Origin: Candidatus Heimdallarchaeota archaeon | GTDB lineage: Archaea; Asgardarchaeota; Heimdallarchaeia; Heimdallarchaeales; Heimdallarchaeaceae | Assembly: GCA_018238545.1 (NCBI GenBank) | Contig: JABCTC010000023.1 | Location: forward strand, 1 to 53,817 | Direction: 5' to 3' | Length of the DNA stretch: 53,817 bases | In this document: positions 8,209 to 18,532 of the stretch, piece after piece | How positions within the stretch are numbered: the stretch's first letter is position 1 | How the letters are laid out: each line of letters starts with the position of its first letter | Translations under genes and position numbers: made by a program | Notes under the pieces: generated by a model | What the model was told of the DNA's origin: nothing | Seen by the model: the letters and a program-made list of their open reading frames with translations, nothing else | Databases searched by the model: none

Positions 8209-9228
8209 GTGTTCACTATGCCTGCGAAAAAAAGAGAATTGATGATGCAACAAGTCAAACAATTACTAAATACTGCAGGTTACAGTATTGTTCAACTATC
8301 TCTAGAAAGTAAAGCTTGTTTTGATATTATAGCAAAACGATTAGATAAATTACTCATCATCAAACTCTCACCTTACATAGATAGTTTTAGCCGGGATGAT
8401 TCACACGAATTAAAGAATGTTGCCTCCTTTCTAAATGCATCTCCCTTAATAATAGGTGAACGAGGAAAACGTTTTGATGAACTTAAGGATGGATTGGTTC
8501 TATTACGGTATGGAATGCCTGTGGTTGGACTTGAAACTTTTACAAATCTTATTAGTCAAGGAATGCCCCCAATTGTATATTGTAGCCGTGGAAGATACTT
8601 TGTTCAAATTAATAGAAAGCTTCTTCGACAATCTAGAGTAGAAAAGAACCTAAGTTATGCAGATTTAGCTCAAAAAGTTGGTATGCTACGAGAAGATATT
8701 TCTGTATCTCGAAGAACTATTTATGAATATGAACACTCTATCAATCCTCCTCCCGAAATTGCTGTTATTCTAGAAAATATTTTAGAAACTCCATTGGCAG
8801 AAGGGATAAAGATTTTCGATCTTGAAATAGAGACCGAAGAAAGACCAAAATATTCTGTTGACAATCTTTCTTCAATGAAAGAAGATGTATCAAAGATTTT
8901 GCAAGATTTAGGTTTTATTAGCCAATTTTGGACAAAATTATCTCCTTTTGATGCATTCGGTGAACACCAGAGTCATGATGTGCGTAGTGGTCTCAACGTT
9001 CTTGTTTGTGTATCTGATGATTATGACAAGCGAGTTATCAATCGTGCGGTAATGACTCAAAGCATTGCTTCTTTCACAAAACGAAGAGCAATAATGATTG
9101 TTGAAGAGGACAAAGAGGACCCTCTTACTCAGACTATGCCAACTTTCACCATAGATGAACTTCAACAGATGAAGAAAGCTTTTGATTTAGTGAAAAGATG
9201 GGTAAAGAAATATTCTGACTTAAAATAA
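8209..9228 (+). CDS. Archaeal Cro/C1-type HTH transcriptional regulator with nuclease-like flanking domains
   Basis: CFDIIAKR, ASPLIIGER, LRYG, HTH LSYADLAQ..VSRRTIYEYE; usual neighbour of elp3/fibrillarin. True start may be the ATG at 8218. Confidence 0.8.
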   Translation: MFTMPAKKRELMMQQVKQLLNTAGYSIVQLSLESKACFDIIAKRLDKLLIIKLSPYIDSFSRDDSHELKNVASFLNASPLIIGERGKRFDELKDGLVLLRYGMPVVGLETFTNLISQGMPPIVYCSRGRYFVQINRKLLRQSRVEKNLSYADLAQKVGMLREDISVSRRTIYEYEHSINPPPEIAVILENILETPLAEGIKIFDLEIETEERPKYSVDNLSSMKEDVSKILQDLGFISQFWTKLSPFDAFGEHQSHDVRSGLNVLVCVSDDYDKRVINRAVMTQSIASFTKRRAIMIVEEDKEDPLTQTMPTFTIDELQQMKKAFDLVKRWVKKYSDLK

Positions 9229-9259
9229 AATGAAAAGGTTTAGAAGATTTAAATCTAGT

Positions 9260-9958
9260 TTAAACCTTCTTTTGACCAACAATTACGATATGATCTTTTT
9301 CATAAGGTTCGATATCTATTTTCTCGAGAATTGTTAACCCAGCAGATTCCAGATCTTTTGTAACTTCATCGAAGATGATTTTGGGGTCTTTGGTCACATC
9401 TATGCTCCTTGCCTTAACAGCAAAGAAAAAGTAACCATCCTTTTTGAGAAAAGTTTGAACATTATCTTTTAAAATTTCAGCTTGTCTTGGTTGGGCAACA
9501 TCTTCGTAAACAACATCAACTAAAGGGACAGTAAAACTGTATTCTTCAGGAAACCTTGCATCTGCAAGTATAGGGATGATGTTTTTTCGTCTCTCTGCAA
9601 CTGCTACTAAATCTCTGAGAGAGCGTGCTGAAAATTCTACTGCAAAGATTGAACCATCTACTCCAATCATATCTGAAATGTGTGAGACTGTAGTTCCTGA
9701 AGCAGCACCAAGATATAGGATTTTAGAACCTTTGGTAAATGGAAAATTTTGTAAATCTTTCATGATTGCTGAACCTAATTTGCTTTTGTGTGGATCAAAT
9801 GTTCTGTATTCAATACCTTCCTTGGAAACTAAACGTTCTGTGTAAACTTTTTTACCGGGTTCAGCATTGATAGTCGCTAAACGAGTACTTCCATCTTTTG
9901 TTTTCAACCAGAACAGATTTGGATGTGGGTGTTTGTGTACTTCTGGCATAATTATCAC
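9260..9958 (-). CDS. flpA: Fibrillarin-like rRNA/tRNA 2'-O-methyltransferase
   Basis: LYLGAASGTTVSHISD, AVEFS, NIIPILADAR, DVAQPRQ. Confidence 0.97.
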   Translation of the reverse strand: MIIMPEVHKHPHPNLFWLKTKDGSTRLATINAEPGKKVYTERLVSKEGIEYRTFDPHKSKLGSAIMKDLQNFPFTKGSKILYLGAASGTTVSHISDMIGVDGSIFAVEFSARSLRDLVAVAERRKNIIPILADARFPEEYSFTVPLVDVVYEDVAQPRQAEILKDNVQTFLKKDGYFFFAVKARSIDVTKDPKIIFDEVTKDLESAGLTILEKIDIEPYEKDHIVIVGQKKV

Positions 9959-11250
9959 CTTCTACGTGGGTAAGAACTTTTTCCTCCTTTCTTCTTAGGA
10001 TAGTATGGCTTCTTACCTTTCCCTTGTTTTCTATATTGTGGTTTAATTTGAGGACCTTTGTGTTGTCGAGGTTGGAATGATCTGTCAATAGGTGGTTTCT
10101 TTCCTTCTGGAGCTTCTTTGTATTTCTTTTTAATTTCCTCAACCTTTCTATCTACTTCCAATTTCAGCTGATCCCCAATAAATTCACCTTGAAAGAAATC
10201 AACTCTACCCGCGATTGTTAGCCGTCCTGCAATAGCTCTAGAGATATTTCCCCTCTGCCACCATGGACAACCATGAAGTTCAGGTATCTGGTAGATAATA
10301 CCATGTTTTGGTGGTTTAGCACCAGTTTTTAGAGCTCTAAACAGCGCTTTTTCTGCTCCTAACAATTGAATTGTTGATGCAGGTTTCATTGCTAATTCTC
10401 GAAGACCACCTGCAAGTGCTATTAATCTAGCAGCTATTGGCGCACCTACTATTGCTTTCATATTTGGTGCAATTCGTGAAATTTCTCTGCCTATCCAAGC
10501 TTCTAGTTTATCTCGTTCTTCATATAAATCGATCATACGAAGCGATAAATCTTGAAGTGGGTGCAAGTCATTTTCTGTAAAATTTGCTCCCATAGAATTT
10601 CTTGCAAGGTTTACAATACGCTTGCTTTTCTCATTTGAAAAACCAAATAATCTTACATTTTCTTCAGTGAAATTGTCTTTTGTACCAATTGTGGTTATTA
10701 TTTTACATAAAGTAAGATGATTTTGAACTTCTCTCATTATTTCAGGAAAATGAACTCCATACCATTCACTAATTCTGGCAGAAAATAGATTGGTGGTCTT
10801 ATCAATATCATCCATTGAAAGAATAGCGTGAACAACGTTTTTATCCACTCTCTGAGAACTGTGCGCTACACGTTTTTTAGAAAGACTAATACCAACCTCT
10901 CTTACCAATTCCTGATACTCTTTTTCATCTGAAATATAGTCCTGTTGAATTAAGTTGTGAAAAAGATTTGTAAGAAATTGTTTGTAAAACTCTGAATTAA
11001 CATTAACCTCCGATTTCTTGCCTTTACTTCGAACATAATTAACTACATCAGCGCTATTGGTTTCTATAATCTCTTCATCAATTTCCTTTAGTATCATTTG
11101 AAGTTCTTCTGAAATGGCGTAAACTGATAAATTGTGTATCTTAACAGCAATTTCTTCTGCTTTCTTAGGGTATGCAATGAATGTCTTCAACACATCATTT
11201 GAATCATAAACAAAGAAGCCAGCGACATTAACGTAAACTTTGATAGACAT
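9955..11250 (-). CDS. nop5: C/D box RNP protein Nop5 (Nop56/58)
   Basis: EWYGVHFPE, IAPN, PASTIQLLGAEKALF, PKHGIIYQ; basic tail; overlaps fibrillarin. Confidence 0.96.
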   Translation of the reverse strand: MSIKVYVNVAGFFVYDSNDVLKTFIAYPKKAEEIAVKIHNLSVYAISEELQMILKEIDEEIIETNSADVVNYVRSKGKKSEVNVNSEFYKQFLTNLFHNLIQQDYISDEKEYQELVREVGISLSKKRVAHSSQRVDKNVVHAILSMDDIDKTTNLFSARISEWYGVHFPEIMREVQNHLTLCKIITTIGTKDNFTEENVRLFGFSNEKSKRIVNLARNSMGANFTENDLHPLQDLSLRMIDLYEERDKLEAWIGREISRIAPNMKAIVGAPIAARLIALAGGLRELAMKPASTIQLLGAEKALFRALKTGAKPPKHGIIYQIPELHGCPWWQRGNISRAIAGRLTIAGRVDFFQGEFIGDQLKLEVDRKVEEIKKKYKEAPEGKKPPIDRSFQPRQHKGPQIKPQYRKQGKGKKPYYPKKKGGKSSYPRRR

Positions 11251-11321
11251 CTCTCTTCTTAAAACAAAGAAAAAAAGGAGATAAAAAAGATTTTGATAAT
11301 AAGGTGAATTTATTAATAATC

Positions 11322-11609
11322 TTAAGCAGTAATGGGTTGGTTAGTTTTTGTTTTAGTTATTAGATTCTCTAAAGATGTGTCCATTTCAGGATTTATACCA
11401 ATTAAAGCTGATCGCATATCTTCAAAGTTTGCTCTATTAACTAAAACTGTTCTGTCTAATAATTGTCTAACAGTGTAGCGAATAGCTCGAGGTTTTTTCT
11501 CGTATAAGCTTTCAATAATCTCTTTTTGAGTTAGTGCTCCTTTGTTTTTTAACAATTCAATCACTTCGAGTGATCCCTTTGGTAGTCTTTCTCTTTGCAT
11601 TTTTTTCAC
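11322..11609 (-). CDS. Small winged-helix (MarR-like) DNA-binding protein
   Basis: LLKNKGALTQKEI...RAIRYTVRQL..D.R pattern. Confidence 0.75.
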   Translation of the reverse strand: MKKMQRERLPKGSLEVIELLKNKGALTQKEIIESLYEKKPRAIRYTVRQLLDRTVLVNRANFEDMRSALIGINPEMDTSLENLITKTKTNQPITA

Positions 11610-11742
11610 TTTTTCCGTGTGTGTGATATATTCGCACTCTATGTGTAACTGGGACGCACACGTATATATAGTTTTTCTGTGCGGTAAGATGCACAGCCGT
11701 CAAGCTGCAAAATTTGCAAAAAAGAAGGGGAAAAACTTTAAT

Positions 11743-14658
11743 TTATTGCTTAGGGTGAACCTTGGAAAATCTAATTCTTAAAACTGGAACAAGAACAATG
11801 GTAACAAAAATAAATAAAATAATCCCTGTTGCTATCTGTTGAATTAATGGAAGTTGTTCCCACAATAAAACATTACAGAAGATTTCATTTCGTCCATCCG
11901 TTATAGTATGATTCACAAGTTCTAATGGGACATAAATCGTATGTAGACCATATTGTTCAAGAGTTACTGTTGTTTCGTATTTGAGATTCTGACCATTAAA
12001 CAGTAAAACAATGTGATTAAATGAGTTGTCTGGATGTAGAATAGTTGCATATACTCGATTGTCAGGTAATATGACCACTTCCCCATCCTTATCTTTTATG
12101 TTGATACCTATCCTAAACTGTTCTCGGATTAGAACCTCACTGTTTTCAGATTGTAAATTGATTGTAGGTCGATGTGTAGAAATTAACCAGTTAAATGTAT
12201 CATTAACAAGTTGAAGATTGTTTGAATCCTGTGCCAATACGTATCTATAACTTTTAGCTAAACCTACACGAAGAGGATTGAGTTCCATAGTATCTACAAT
12301 TAACCCTAAATCTGTAAATGGATATCCTGATCCAAACATTATTACTTTTCCTTGATCAATTACTGTAGATAATGCTGCATTGAACGATATTTCTGTCCCA
12401 TCAATCTCTGAATTGAAGGTGGCAACTACTTTGTTCTCAAGGTTTTCATCTGAAGTAAATCTTAGAGGCCATCCCCAGAATAGAAATGAATCAGTTGAAA
12501 TGAAATCGATGTCACTTTGAATGTTACCGTAATATGGAACATAATCAATTGGTACGGTGTTTCCTACACTTGCGTTAAATAATTCTAAAATCTGATTACA
12601 AGCATAATAATTGCTTGATAATATTGGATCATCTTCAACATTATCAACCTCAACAAATCTGTGACTATTAACTAGAAATAGTAAAGATCCTCCTGATGAA
12701 ATGAAGTCATATATAGTGTTCAACTCATCTACGGTATAATTTAGTTCAGGGTCAGAAATTACTAATATATCAGTATTATTTAATTTAAGTGAACCTTCCT
12801 TTTGATATGAAACGTGAAATCCTCTATCCTTTAGAACCCGCGAGGTAAAACTATGGGCTCCAAAAGGTGTTGAAGCATCAAACCAAATATTCTCTGTTGA
12901 ATTTTCATGAGATATATCAAATAAAACATTTCCACCATAGATTCTTGTTTGAATTTGAATATTCATCTTACTAGTTACACCATCATCATTTGTAAAATCA
13001 ATTGACGAGATAATGTTAGTAATTCTTTGTGTTAATGGTAAACTGATGTTAAATGAGATGTGGTTCCACCCTGCTGTAACATCAAAATAATCTGCTATTT
13101 GTATTTTACTGGTATACCTAGGGGCATTAGCATATATTCTTTGATCACTTGACGAGATGAGTTTAATCTTGAATTCTGTAGTCGTTCCTTCGACACATTC
13201 ATAAAAGTAGGTATTTTCAGGTGAGATTCGTCTAGGATTAATTGAAAAAACATCTAATGATTGTTTCTCATTTATATATTGGTAAGCTTCGTATGGATTG
13301 ATGATACCGTTACCTTGAGCTAATATCGGTGCATAAATATCATTAGCGGTTTCGAAGATCGCTGTTTCGAAAACATGAGAGTTTGAATCAGGGAATGCCT
13401 CCATTAACAGAGCAATAACACCTGCGACAATTGGTGCTGAAACTGATGTACCAGAAACATATCTTATACCACCATTTGATGCATCACTTCCACTAATAGA
13501 ATTACCAGGGGCAATAATATCAACACCAGCAGAGAAATTCATTGTTAATCCTCTAGAAGTATACACCGCTAGATTGTTTAGATTACTTGCAGCACCAACA
13601 GATATTACATAATCCCACAAAGCTGGTGCACCAGCTGAGTTCCCAGATGGACCATAATTGCCTGCAGAAGCAATTACTGGTATTCCTCTTCTCCCAGCTT
13701 CATACATTAATTCTTCAATTGGATCTCCAATTGCAGCAAAAGTTACAGAAGTTAAGCTTGCTGAGATAATATCAACATCTCGAAATATGGCGTATGTGAA
13801 ACCATCAATTAACCAAGCATCTTCACCAAAGCCAGTTTGATCTAGTACTTTAATATTAACAATACTCGCATCAGGTGCAATTCCATAATCATTAGTTTGA
13901 ATAACCCCTTGTCCTGAAGTATACTTACCATTGCCTGCGAGCACAGAAACGATATGTGTTCCATGACCACTCATATCTTGAATATCTTCAGACATATTTG
14001 CTGATACCCAAGCTGTTACAATCTTTTCTTCATCATAATGGAGAAGTGATTGTAGTGCAGGTGCAACAGAATTGTTCACTCCACTATCTAAAACTGCAAT
14101 GGTAATACCATATCCAAAGTAACCCTCGTTATGAATTCTATCAATTTCCAGCGCATGTCTGAGTTCTGATAGTTCTGTTTGACCTGATAATTCAATATCA
14201 ATATTCTGAGGAACTGAATATGAATTTGTTCCAATTGGATAGACGTACTTTATTCTGAAATCATCGAAATTTAGCTTCAGAATTTGATTTGAATTGTAAA
14301 TAATGGTTAGTGCTGGAATAACTTTGTTAATCTCTTCGATAAATAAACCATTTCTTGTTGCATATTCTTGAAAACTATTCCTTTCTTCAAAACTAAAAAA
14401 TGAAATAAATGCTCTATTGTTGAATTCCATTAATTTCGTTGCAACAGATTTAGAACTCATAGGTTCCTTCCATCTTTCTTCTAGCATGTTTGTTGCTATA
14501 CCTTTATCTAAGTTTGATTTTAGTAGGTTTGATAAATCTTCAAAATAACTGGGCATATCTTGCGAATTGTTAGTATTTTGTGCAACTACAGCGTTTAATG
14601 TACTAAATGGAAATAATAGTAAAATAAAAATTGAAAGGAACAATGGTTTTTTTTCCAT
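11743..14658 (-). CDS. Membrane-anchored S8 subtilase with site-1-protease-like domain architecture
   Basis: Signal peptide; triad VLDSG / GHGTH / SGTSVSAP; oxyanion AGNYG; later VLFDISH..ILVISDPE..GGSLL domain; C-terminal TM helix. Confidence 0.88.
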   Translation of the reverse strand: MEKKPLFLSIFILLLFPFSTLNAVVAQNTNNSQDMPSYFEDLSNLLKSNLDKGIATNMLEERWKEPMSSKSVATKLMEFNNRAFISFFSFEERNSFQEYATRNGLFIEEINKVIPALTIIYNSNQILKLNFDDFRIKYVYPIGTNSYSVPQNIDIELSGQTELSELRHALEIDRIHNEGYFGYGITIAVLDSGVNNSVAPALQSLLHYDEEKIVTAWVSANMSEDIQDMSGHGTHIVSVLAGNGKYTSGQGVIQTNDYGIAPDASIVNIKVLDQTGFGEDAWLIDGFTYAIFRDVDIISASLTSVTFAAIGDPIEELMYEAGRRGIPVIASAGNYGPSGNSAGAPALWDYVISVGAASNLNNLAVYTSRGLTMNFSAGVDIIAPGNSISGSDASNGGIRYVSGTSVSAPIVAGVIALLMEAFPDSNSHVFETAIFETANDIYAPILAQGNGIINPYEAYQYINEKQSLDVFSINPRRISPENTYFYECVEGTTTEFKIKLISSSDQRIYANAPRYTSKIQIADYFDVTAGWNHISFNISLPLTQRITNIISSIDFTNDDGVTSKMNIQIQTRIYGGNVLFDISHENSTENIWFDASTPFGAHSFTSRVLKDRGFHVSYQKEGSLKLNNTDILVISDPELNYTVDELNTIYDFISSGGSLLFLVNSHRFVEVDNVEDDPILSSNYYACNQILELFNASVGNTVPIDYVPYYGNIQSDIDFISTDSFLFWGWPLRFTSDENLENKVVATFNSEIDGTEISFNAALSTVIDQGKVIMFGSGYPFTDLGLIVDTMELNPLRVGLAKSYRYVLAQDSNNLQLVNDTFNWLISTHRPTINLQSENSEVLIREQFRIGINIKDKDGEVVILPDNRVYATILHPDNSFNHIVLLFNGQNLKYETTVTLEQYGLHTIYVPLELVNHTITDGRNEIFCNVLLWEQLPLIQQIATGIILFIFVTIVLVPVLRIRFSKVHPKQ

Positions 14659-14822
14659 ACATTAGAAATAAGCTTATTGCTTTTAGATATTTCTCTAGTA
14701 TTATATATATCTTCTAATTTATTGTCGGATGAATTACAACCCAGATGAAGTTTTTTTAATTGTCTTTCTAATGGAAACTCTTATATTTCAAAAATTTCGA
14801 TGACTTTTAAGGTGAAATAACA

Positions 14823-15218
14823 ATGCCCTCTCAATGGTTAAAAAGGTCCCGAAAGAAACTATCTGGTGGTTTAATTAGACAAGCAGCATCAAAGAAAAAA
14901 AGAGATTTGGGGCGTTATCCAGCAGAAACTCATATTGGTACAAGAAAACTCAAATCTATTAGAACAAGAGGTGGAAACAACAAACTCCGCGTTTTGAGAG
15001 ATGAGTTTGCTAATGTTTTAGATCAGTCAACAGGTATTTCACAAAAATCAAAAATTCTCAACGTTTTGGAAAACAAAGCTAATCGTGAATATGCAAGAAG
15101 ACGTATTATTACAAAGGGATGTGTTTTAGATACCGAACTTGGAAAAGTACGTGTCACAAGCAGACCTGGTCAGCATGGAATTATTAGTGGTGTTTTAGTA
15201 GATAAAAAAGAAGAGTAA
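14823..15218 (+). CDS. rps8e: 30S ribosomal protein eS8
   Basis: RTRGGNNKLR, IITKG, VTSRPGQHG. Confidence 0.97.
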   Translation: MPSQWLKRSRKKLSGGLIRQAASKKKRDLGRYPAETHIGTRKLKSIRTRGGNNKLRVLRDEFANVLDQSTGISQKSKILNVLENKANREYARRRIITKGCVLDTELGKVRVTSRPGQHGIISGVLVDKKEE

Positions 15219-15262
15219 CCTCTTCCAAATATTTTTAATAATTAATTCACAAAGGCTATATT

Positions 15263-15610
15263 ATGTTGCGGAAAACTCGCTCATTTGTTCTCTATCCAGA
15301 ATATTTTGATAAGAAGTTATCAAGGAAAGATGGTAGGAAAGTACCAAGAAGTAAAGCTGTTGAAGATTGCAAATTGTCAAAAATTGTTTACGCATGCAAA
15401 TATCTTGAATTGAATTACACGATTGAAAAAGACAAACAATATTCAAAGAATTGGTGGAAGAGCGAAGGAAGGGTTGTGGTTAATCCTGAAGGTATCGCTA
15501 ATAAAACTGAACTAATCAGAAAAATTACCAATGTTGCGAGAAAACTAAAAAGGGTTGAAAAGCCTACACAGAAGAAAACGAAGAACAAACCAAAGCAACC
15601 AAAAAAGTAA
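15263..15610 (+). CDS. srp19: Signal recognition particle 19 kDa protein
   Basis: LYPEYFD..SRKDGRKVP..AV; W...GRV; follows rps8e. Confidence 0.92.
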   Translation: MLRKTRSFVLYPEYFDKKLSRKDGRKVPRSKAVEDCKLSKIVYACKYLELNYTIEKDKQYSKNWWKSEGRVVVNPEGIANKTELIRKITNVARKLKRVEKPTQKKTKNKPKQPKK

Positions 15611-15646
15611 ATGTTACCAATAATCTGAATACTGGAGTTGTAAATT

Positions 15647-15961
15647 TTGGAACAGTCAAGAATAAAGAAACTAGGAAGAGTTTTACATAGAAGTGATTTA
15701 GGTCATGCTATCCTTAAAGATCCACCAAAATTACCCAAAATTGGATCAGATGTTGTTAATGAAAACATGGAACATATAGGCATTGTTAATGATATCTTTG
15801 GTCCGGTAAAGGAACCATATGTAAGCATCAGAGTGAAAGAGGCGTGGGACGAAAAAATTACATCTAACACAATGCTTTATGTTATTGATAAAAGAAGATC
15901 AGATGTAAGGCGAAGAAAAAGAAAAAGCTCGCCTAAACCTTACAACAAATCTAAGGAGTAG
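15647..15961 (+). CDS. gar1: H/ACA RNP protein Gar1
   Basis: LGRVLH, PKIG, IG.V.DIFGPVKEPYVSI. Confidence 0.92.
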   Translation: MEQSRIKKLGRVLHRSDLGHAILKDPPKLPKIGSDVVNENMEHIGIVNDIFGPVKEPYVSIRVKEAWDEKITSNTMLYVIDKRRSDVRRRKRKSSPKPYNKSKE

Positions 15962-16171
15962 TTTTTTTAAACATATATCCTTCCGTTTATGTCGGGTTTA
16001 TTTTTGACATTTTCTTGCTATTATTATGAAAGTTCGATTCAAATTTTTTTAGAACGGTATCAACACTTAAATACTGTAAAATGGAATGTATTATTTGAAG
16101 ATTTACAGTTTGAATTTGGGCTATTGTGTTGAGAAAACATTAGTACTTAGATTCGATATTTGTAATATGGT

Positions 16172-16636
16172 GTGATGAAGATGATCCCGACACAGAGGAT
16201 AAAAATTGTAAGGAACTATAGCAGTGCATTGGGGGATGAAATTATAGAGCTTATAGATCGTACATCAAACAAACAGTTACTATTTAGAGAAGTACTTGAT
16301 TTATTAGGTCAGCATGAATCAATCAAACATAAGATTGATGAATTACTTTATTCGAATATGATACTAAAAATCCCAATAAGAATTGGAAATGTTAAGGACT
16401 ATGTATTAACAATTCCGAAGAAGGAAGAAACAGGTTGGTTAACGCTGACATGTTCATGTTTTACATGTGACAGAACTGAAGAATGTGAGGTTAATAATCC
16501 TGTTAATCCAGTATCGTGTAGATCATTTAACGAATGGTTAATGGAAGAAGATGGAACAGAAAAAATTAGACCATTTAAATTCGTAGAATTTGACATCTTA
16601 GACGAAGATGAAAAAGTAAGAATTCCAATGAAATAG
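16172..16636 (+). CDS. Rpc34/TFE-beta-like protein (wHTH + C-terminal 4-Cys Fe-S motif)
   Basis: CFTC-x4-C-x7-P-x2-C-x4-EWL resembles the C-terminus of Pol III C34/RPC39 and archaeal TFE-beta; lies near gar1 and trm1. Confidence 0.78.
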   Translation: MMKMIPTQRIKIVRNYSSALGDEIIELIDRTSNKQLLFREVLDLLGQHESIKHKIDELLYSNMILKIPIRIGNVKDYVLTIPKKEETGWLTLTCSCFTCDRTEECEVNNPVNPVSCRSFNEWLMEEDGTEKIRPFKFVEFDILDEDEKVRIPMK

Positions 16637-16708
16637 TTTTTTTTTCTTGATAAGTAAGTCTTATCAATATCATTTTTTATTGTTCTTAAAATAGAATAAA
16701 GTGGTATT

Positions 16709-17320
16709 GTGAAAGAAGATTTCTATTACCAAAAAGCAAGATCCATGGGATATCGATCTAGAGCTTCTTTTAAATTATTACAAATTAACAATAAGTTCAG
16801 TGTTTTTCGTAAAAGTCAAATCATTATAGATTTAGGTGCATCACCTGGAGGGTGGTCTCAGGTTGCTTCTCATCTTGTTGGGGGGAATGGTAAGGTGATT
16901 GCTATAGATAAAGCATACATCACTCCATTTAGAGAAAAAAACATTGAAATTTTGAATAAGGATATTCTAAATCGGAATCTCCCCACAATTATCTTGGAAA
17001 CTTATAGAAAGGTTGATGGATTAATATCAGATTGTTCACCTAACATATCTGGCGATTTTAGCAGAGATCATTCTATTCAGATATCCTTAGCTAGAAGAGC
17101 ATTAGCACTTACTCAATATCTACTCAAAGACGAAGGTTTTTTCATTTGTAAGCTGTTTCAAGGAACTGAATTACAAGAGTTCATTAAGGAAATGAAAGAG
17201 CATTTTAAGATTACAAAGTTGTATAAACCAGCTGCATCTAGAAAGAAAAGCGCAGAAATATATGTAGTAGGATTAAAATATACAGCTAGTAAAGGTTCTT
17301 CTGTAGAAATTGAGAAATAG
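16709..17320 (+). CDS. rlmE: 23S rRNA 2'-O-methyltransferase RlmE/FtsJ
   Basis: YRSRASFKL, DLGASPGGWSQ, SDCSPN.SG, KP.ASR..SAE.Y. Confidence 0.95.
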   Translation: MKEDFYYQKARSMGYRSRASFKLLQINNKFSVFRKSQIIIDLGASPGGWSQVASHLVGGNGKVIAIDKAYITPFREKNIEILNKDILNRNLPTIILETYRKVDGLISDCSPNISGDFSRDHSIQISLARRALALTQYLLKDEGFFICKLFQGTELQEFIKEMKEHFKITKLYKPAASRKKSAEIYVVGLKYTASKGSSVEIEK

Positions 17321-17331
17321 GAGTAGTCGCG

Positions 17332-18513
17332 ATGGAAATCTCTGAAGATTTGTGGCAGCAAGTAACAGAGGGTAGTACCTCTTTCTCAATATACGTAGAT
17401 GCTGATAGAATCTATGATGCTTCCGTTTTTTATAATCCTAAAATGGCAATCAATAGAGATCTCACATTACTGATTCTATCTTCAATCATTAAAATAGAAA
17501 AGAAACGAATTTGCTTCCTAGATCCATTTGCAGGAACTGGAGTTCGAAGTTACCGGATTATAACTGAATTGCCTCAAGATTCTGTAGAAAAAGTTGTTGC
17601 AGGAGACATTAATCCTATAGCCGTTAATATTATTACTAGAAATTCAAACAACTTGAATTATGATGAAATATTGGAAATTAGACACTCGAATGCAATTGAT
17701 ATTCTTGATTCTTTGCCGAAAAAGAAAGACACGGTTCATATTATTGATTTAGATCCCTTTGGGTCACCTATTGAGTATATAGAAGAATCACTACGATCTT
17801 TACGAATAAATGAAGGATATCTTTTTGCAACAGCAACAGATTTACAAGTGCTATGTGGTAAGTTCCCAGATTCATGTTATCGAATTTACAACGCTATTCC
17901 AACTCGATATTTTCTATGTCACGAAGTTGCATTACGAATTTTGGTCTATAATATGATAATTAGTGCTGGGAGATTAGGATTAGCTGTGGAACCTATTCTT
18001 TGTTATAATCACGAACATTATCTAAGAGTTAAGGTTAAGGTAAAAGAAAGTAAAGAAGTTGCTAACCAACAGCATAAAAAACTGGGATTTGTATATTTTT
18101 GTAAGAAATGTTCCTATATAGAAACAGTAGAATTATCTGATGATTTAGTGGACGCTTCATGCACTAACTGTTCTGAAAAGCTAGAAAAGGCAGGACCATT
18201 GTGGCTTGGGAACCTTTATAATATTGAGTTTATTGAACAAATGAAAAAGGATATTGGGCAGCTTACATTACATCATGAGAAGAAGATTGAGAAAGTACTA
18301 AGTTTAATTCTGGGTGAAATTAACTCCCCTCCTTTCTTCTACTATATTCCGTTTATTCTTCGTTTCTGTAAGAAAGAAGGGATATCCTTAAACCAAATCA
18401 TTGATTCATTAAGATCAAAAGGATTTCTAGTTTCTAGAACTATATTTGATCCTCAAGGACTAAAAACAAATGCGTCATATAATGAAATAGTAACTGTAAT
18501 AAAGCAATATTAG
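17332..18513 (+). CDS. trm1: tRNA (guanine26-N2)-dimethyltransferase Trm1
   Basis: VFYNPKM..NRD, GTGVR, IDLDPFGSP, TATD, GPLWLG, KTNA. Confidence 0.95.
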   Translation: MEISEDLWQQVTEGSTSFSIYVDADRIYDASVFYNPKMAINRDLTLLILSSIIKIEKKRICFLDPFAGTGVRSYRIITELPQDSVEKVVAGDINPIAVNIITRNSNNLNYDEILEIRHSNAIDILDSLPKKKDTVHIIDLDPFGSPIEYIEESLRSLRINEGYLFATATDLQVLCGKFPDSCYRIYNAIPTRYFLCHEVALRILVYNMIISAGRLGLAVEPILCYNHEHYLRVKVKVKESKEVANQQHKKLGFVYFCKKCSYIETVELSDDLVDASCTNCSEKLEKAGPLWLGNLYNIEFIEQMKKDIGQLTLHHEKKIEKVLSLILGEINSPPFFYYIPFILRFCKKEGISLNQIIDSLRSKGFLVSRTIFDPQGLKTNASYNEIVTVIKQY

Positions 18514-18532
18514 AGGTAAGACGGTGATTTAG

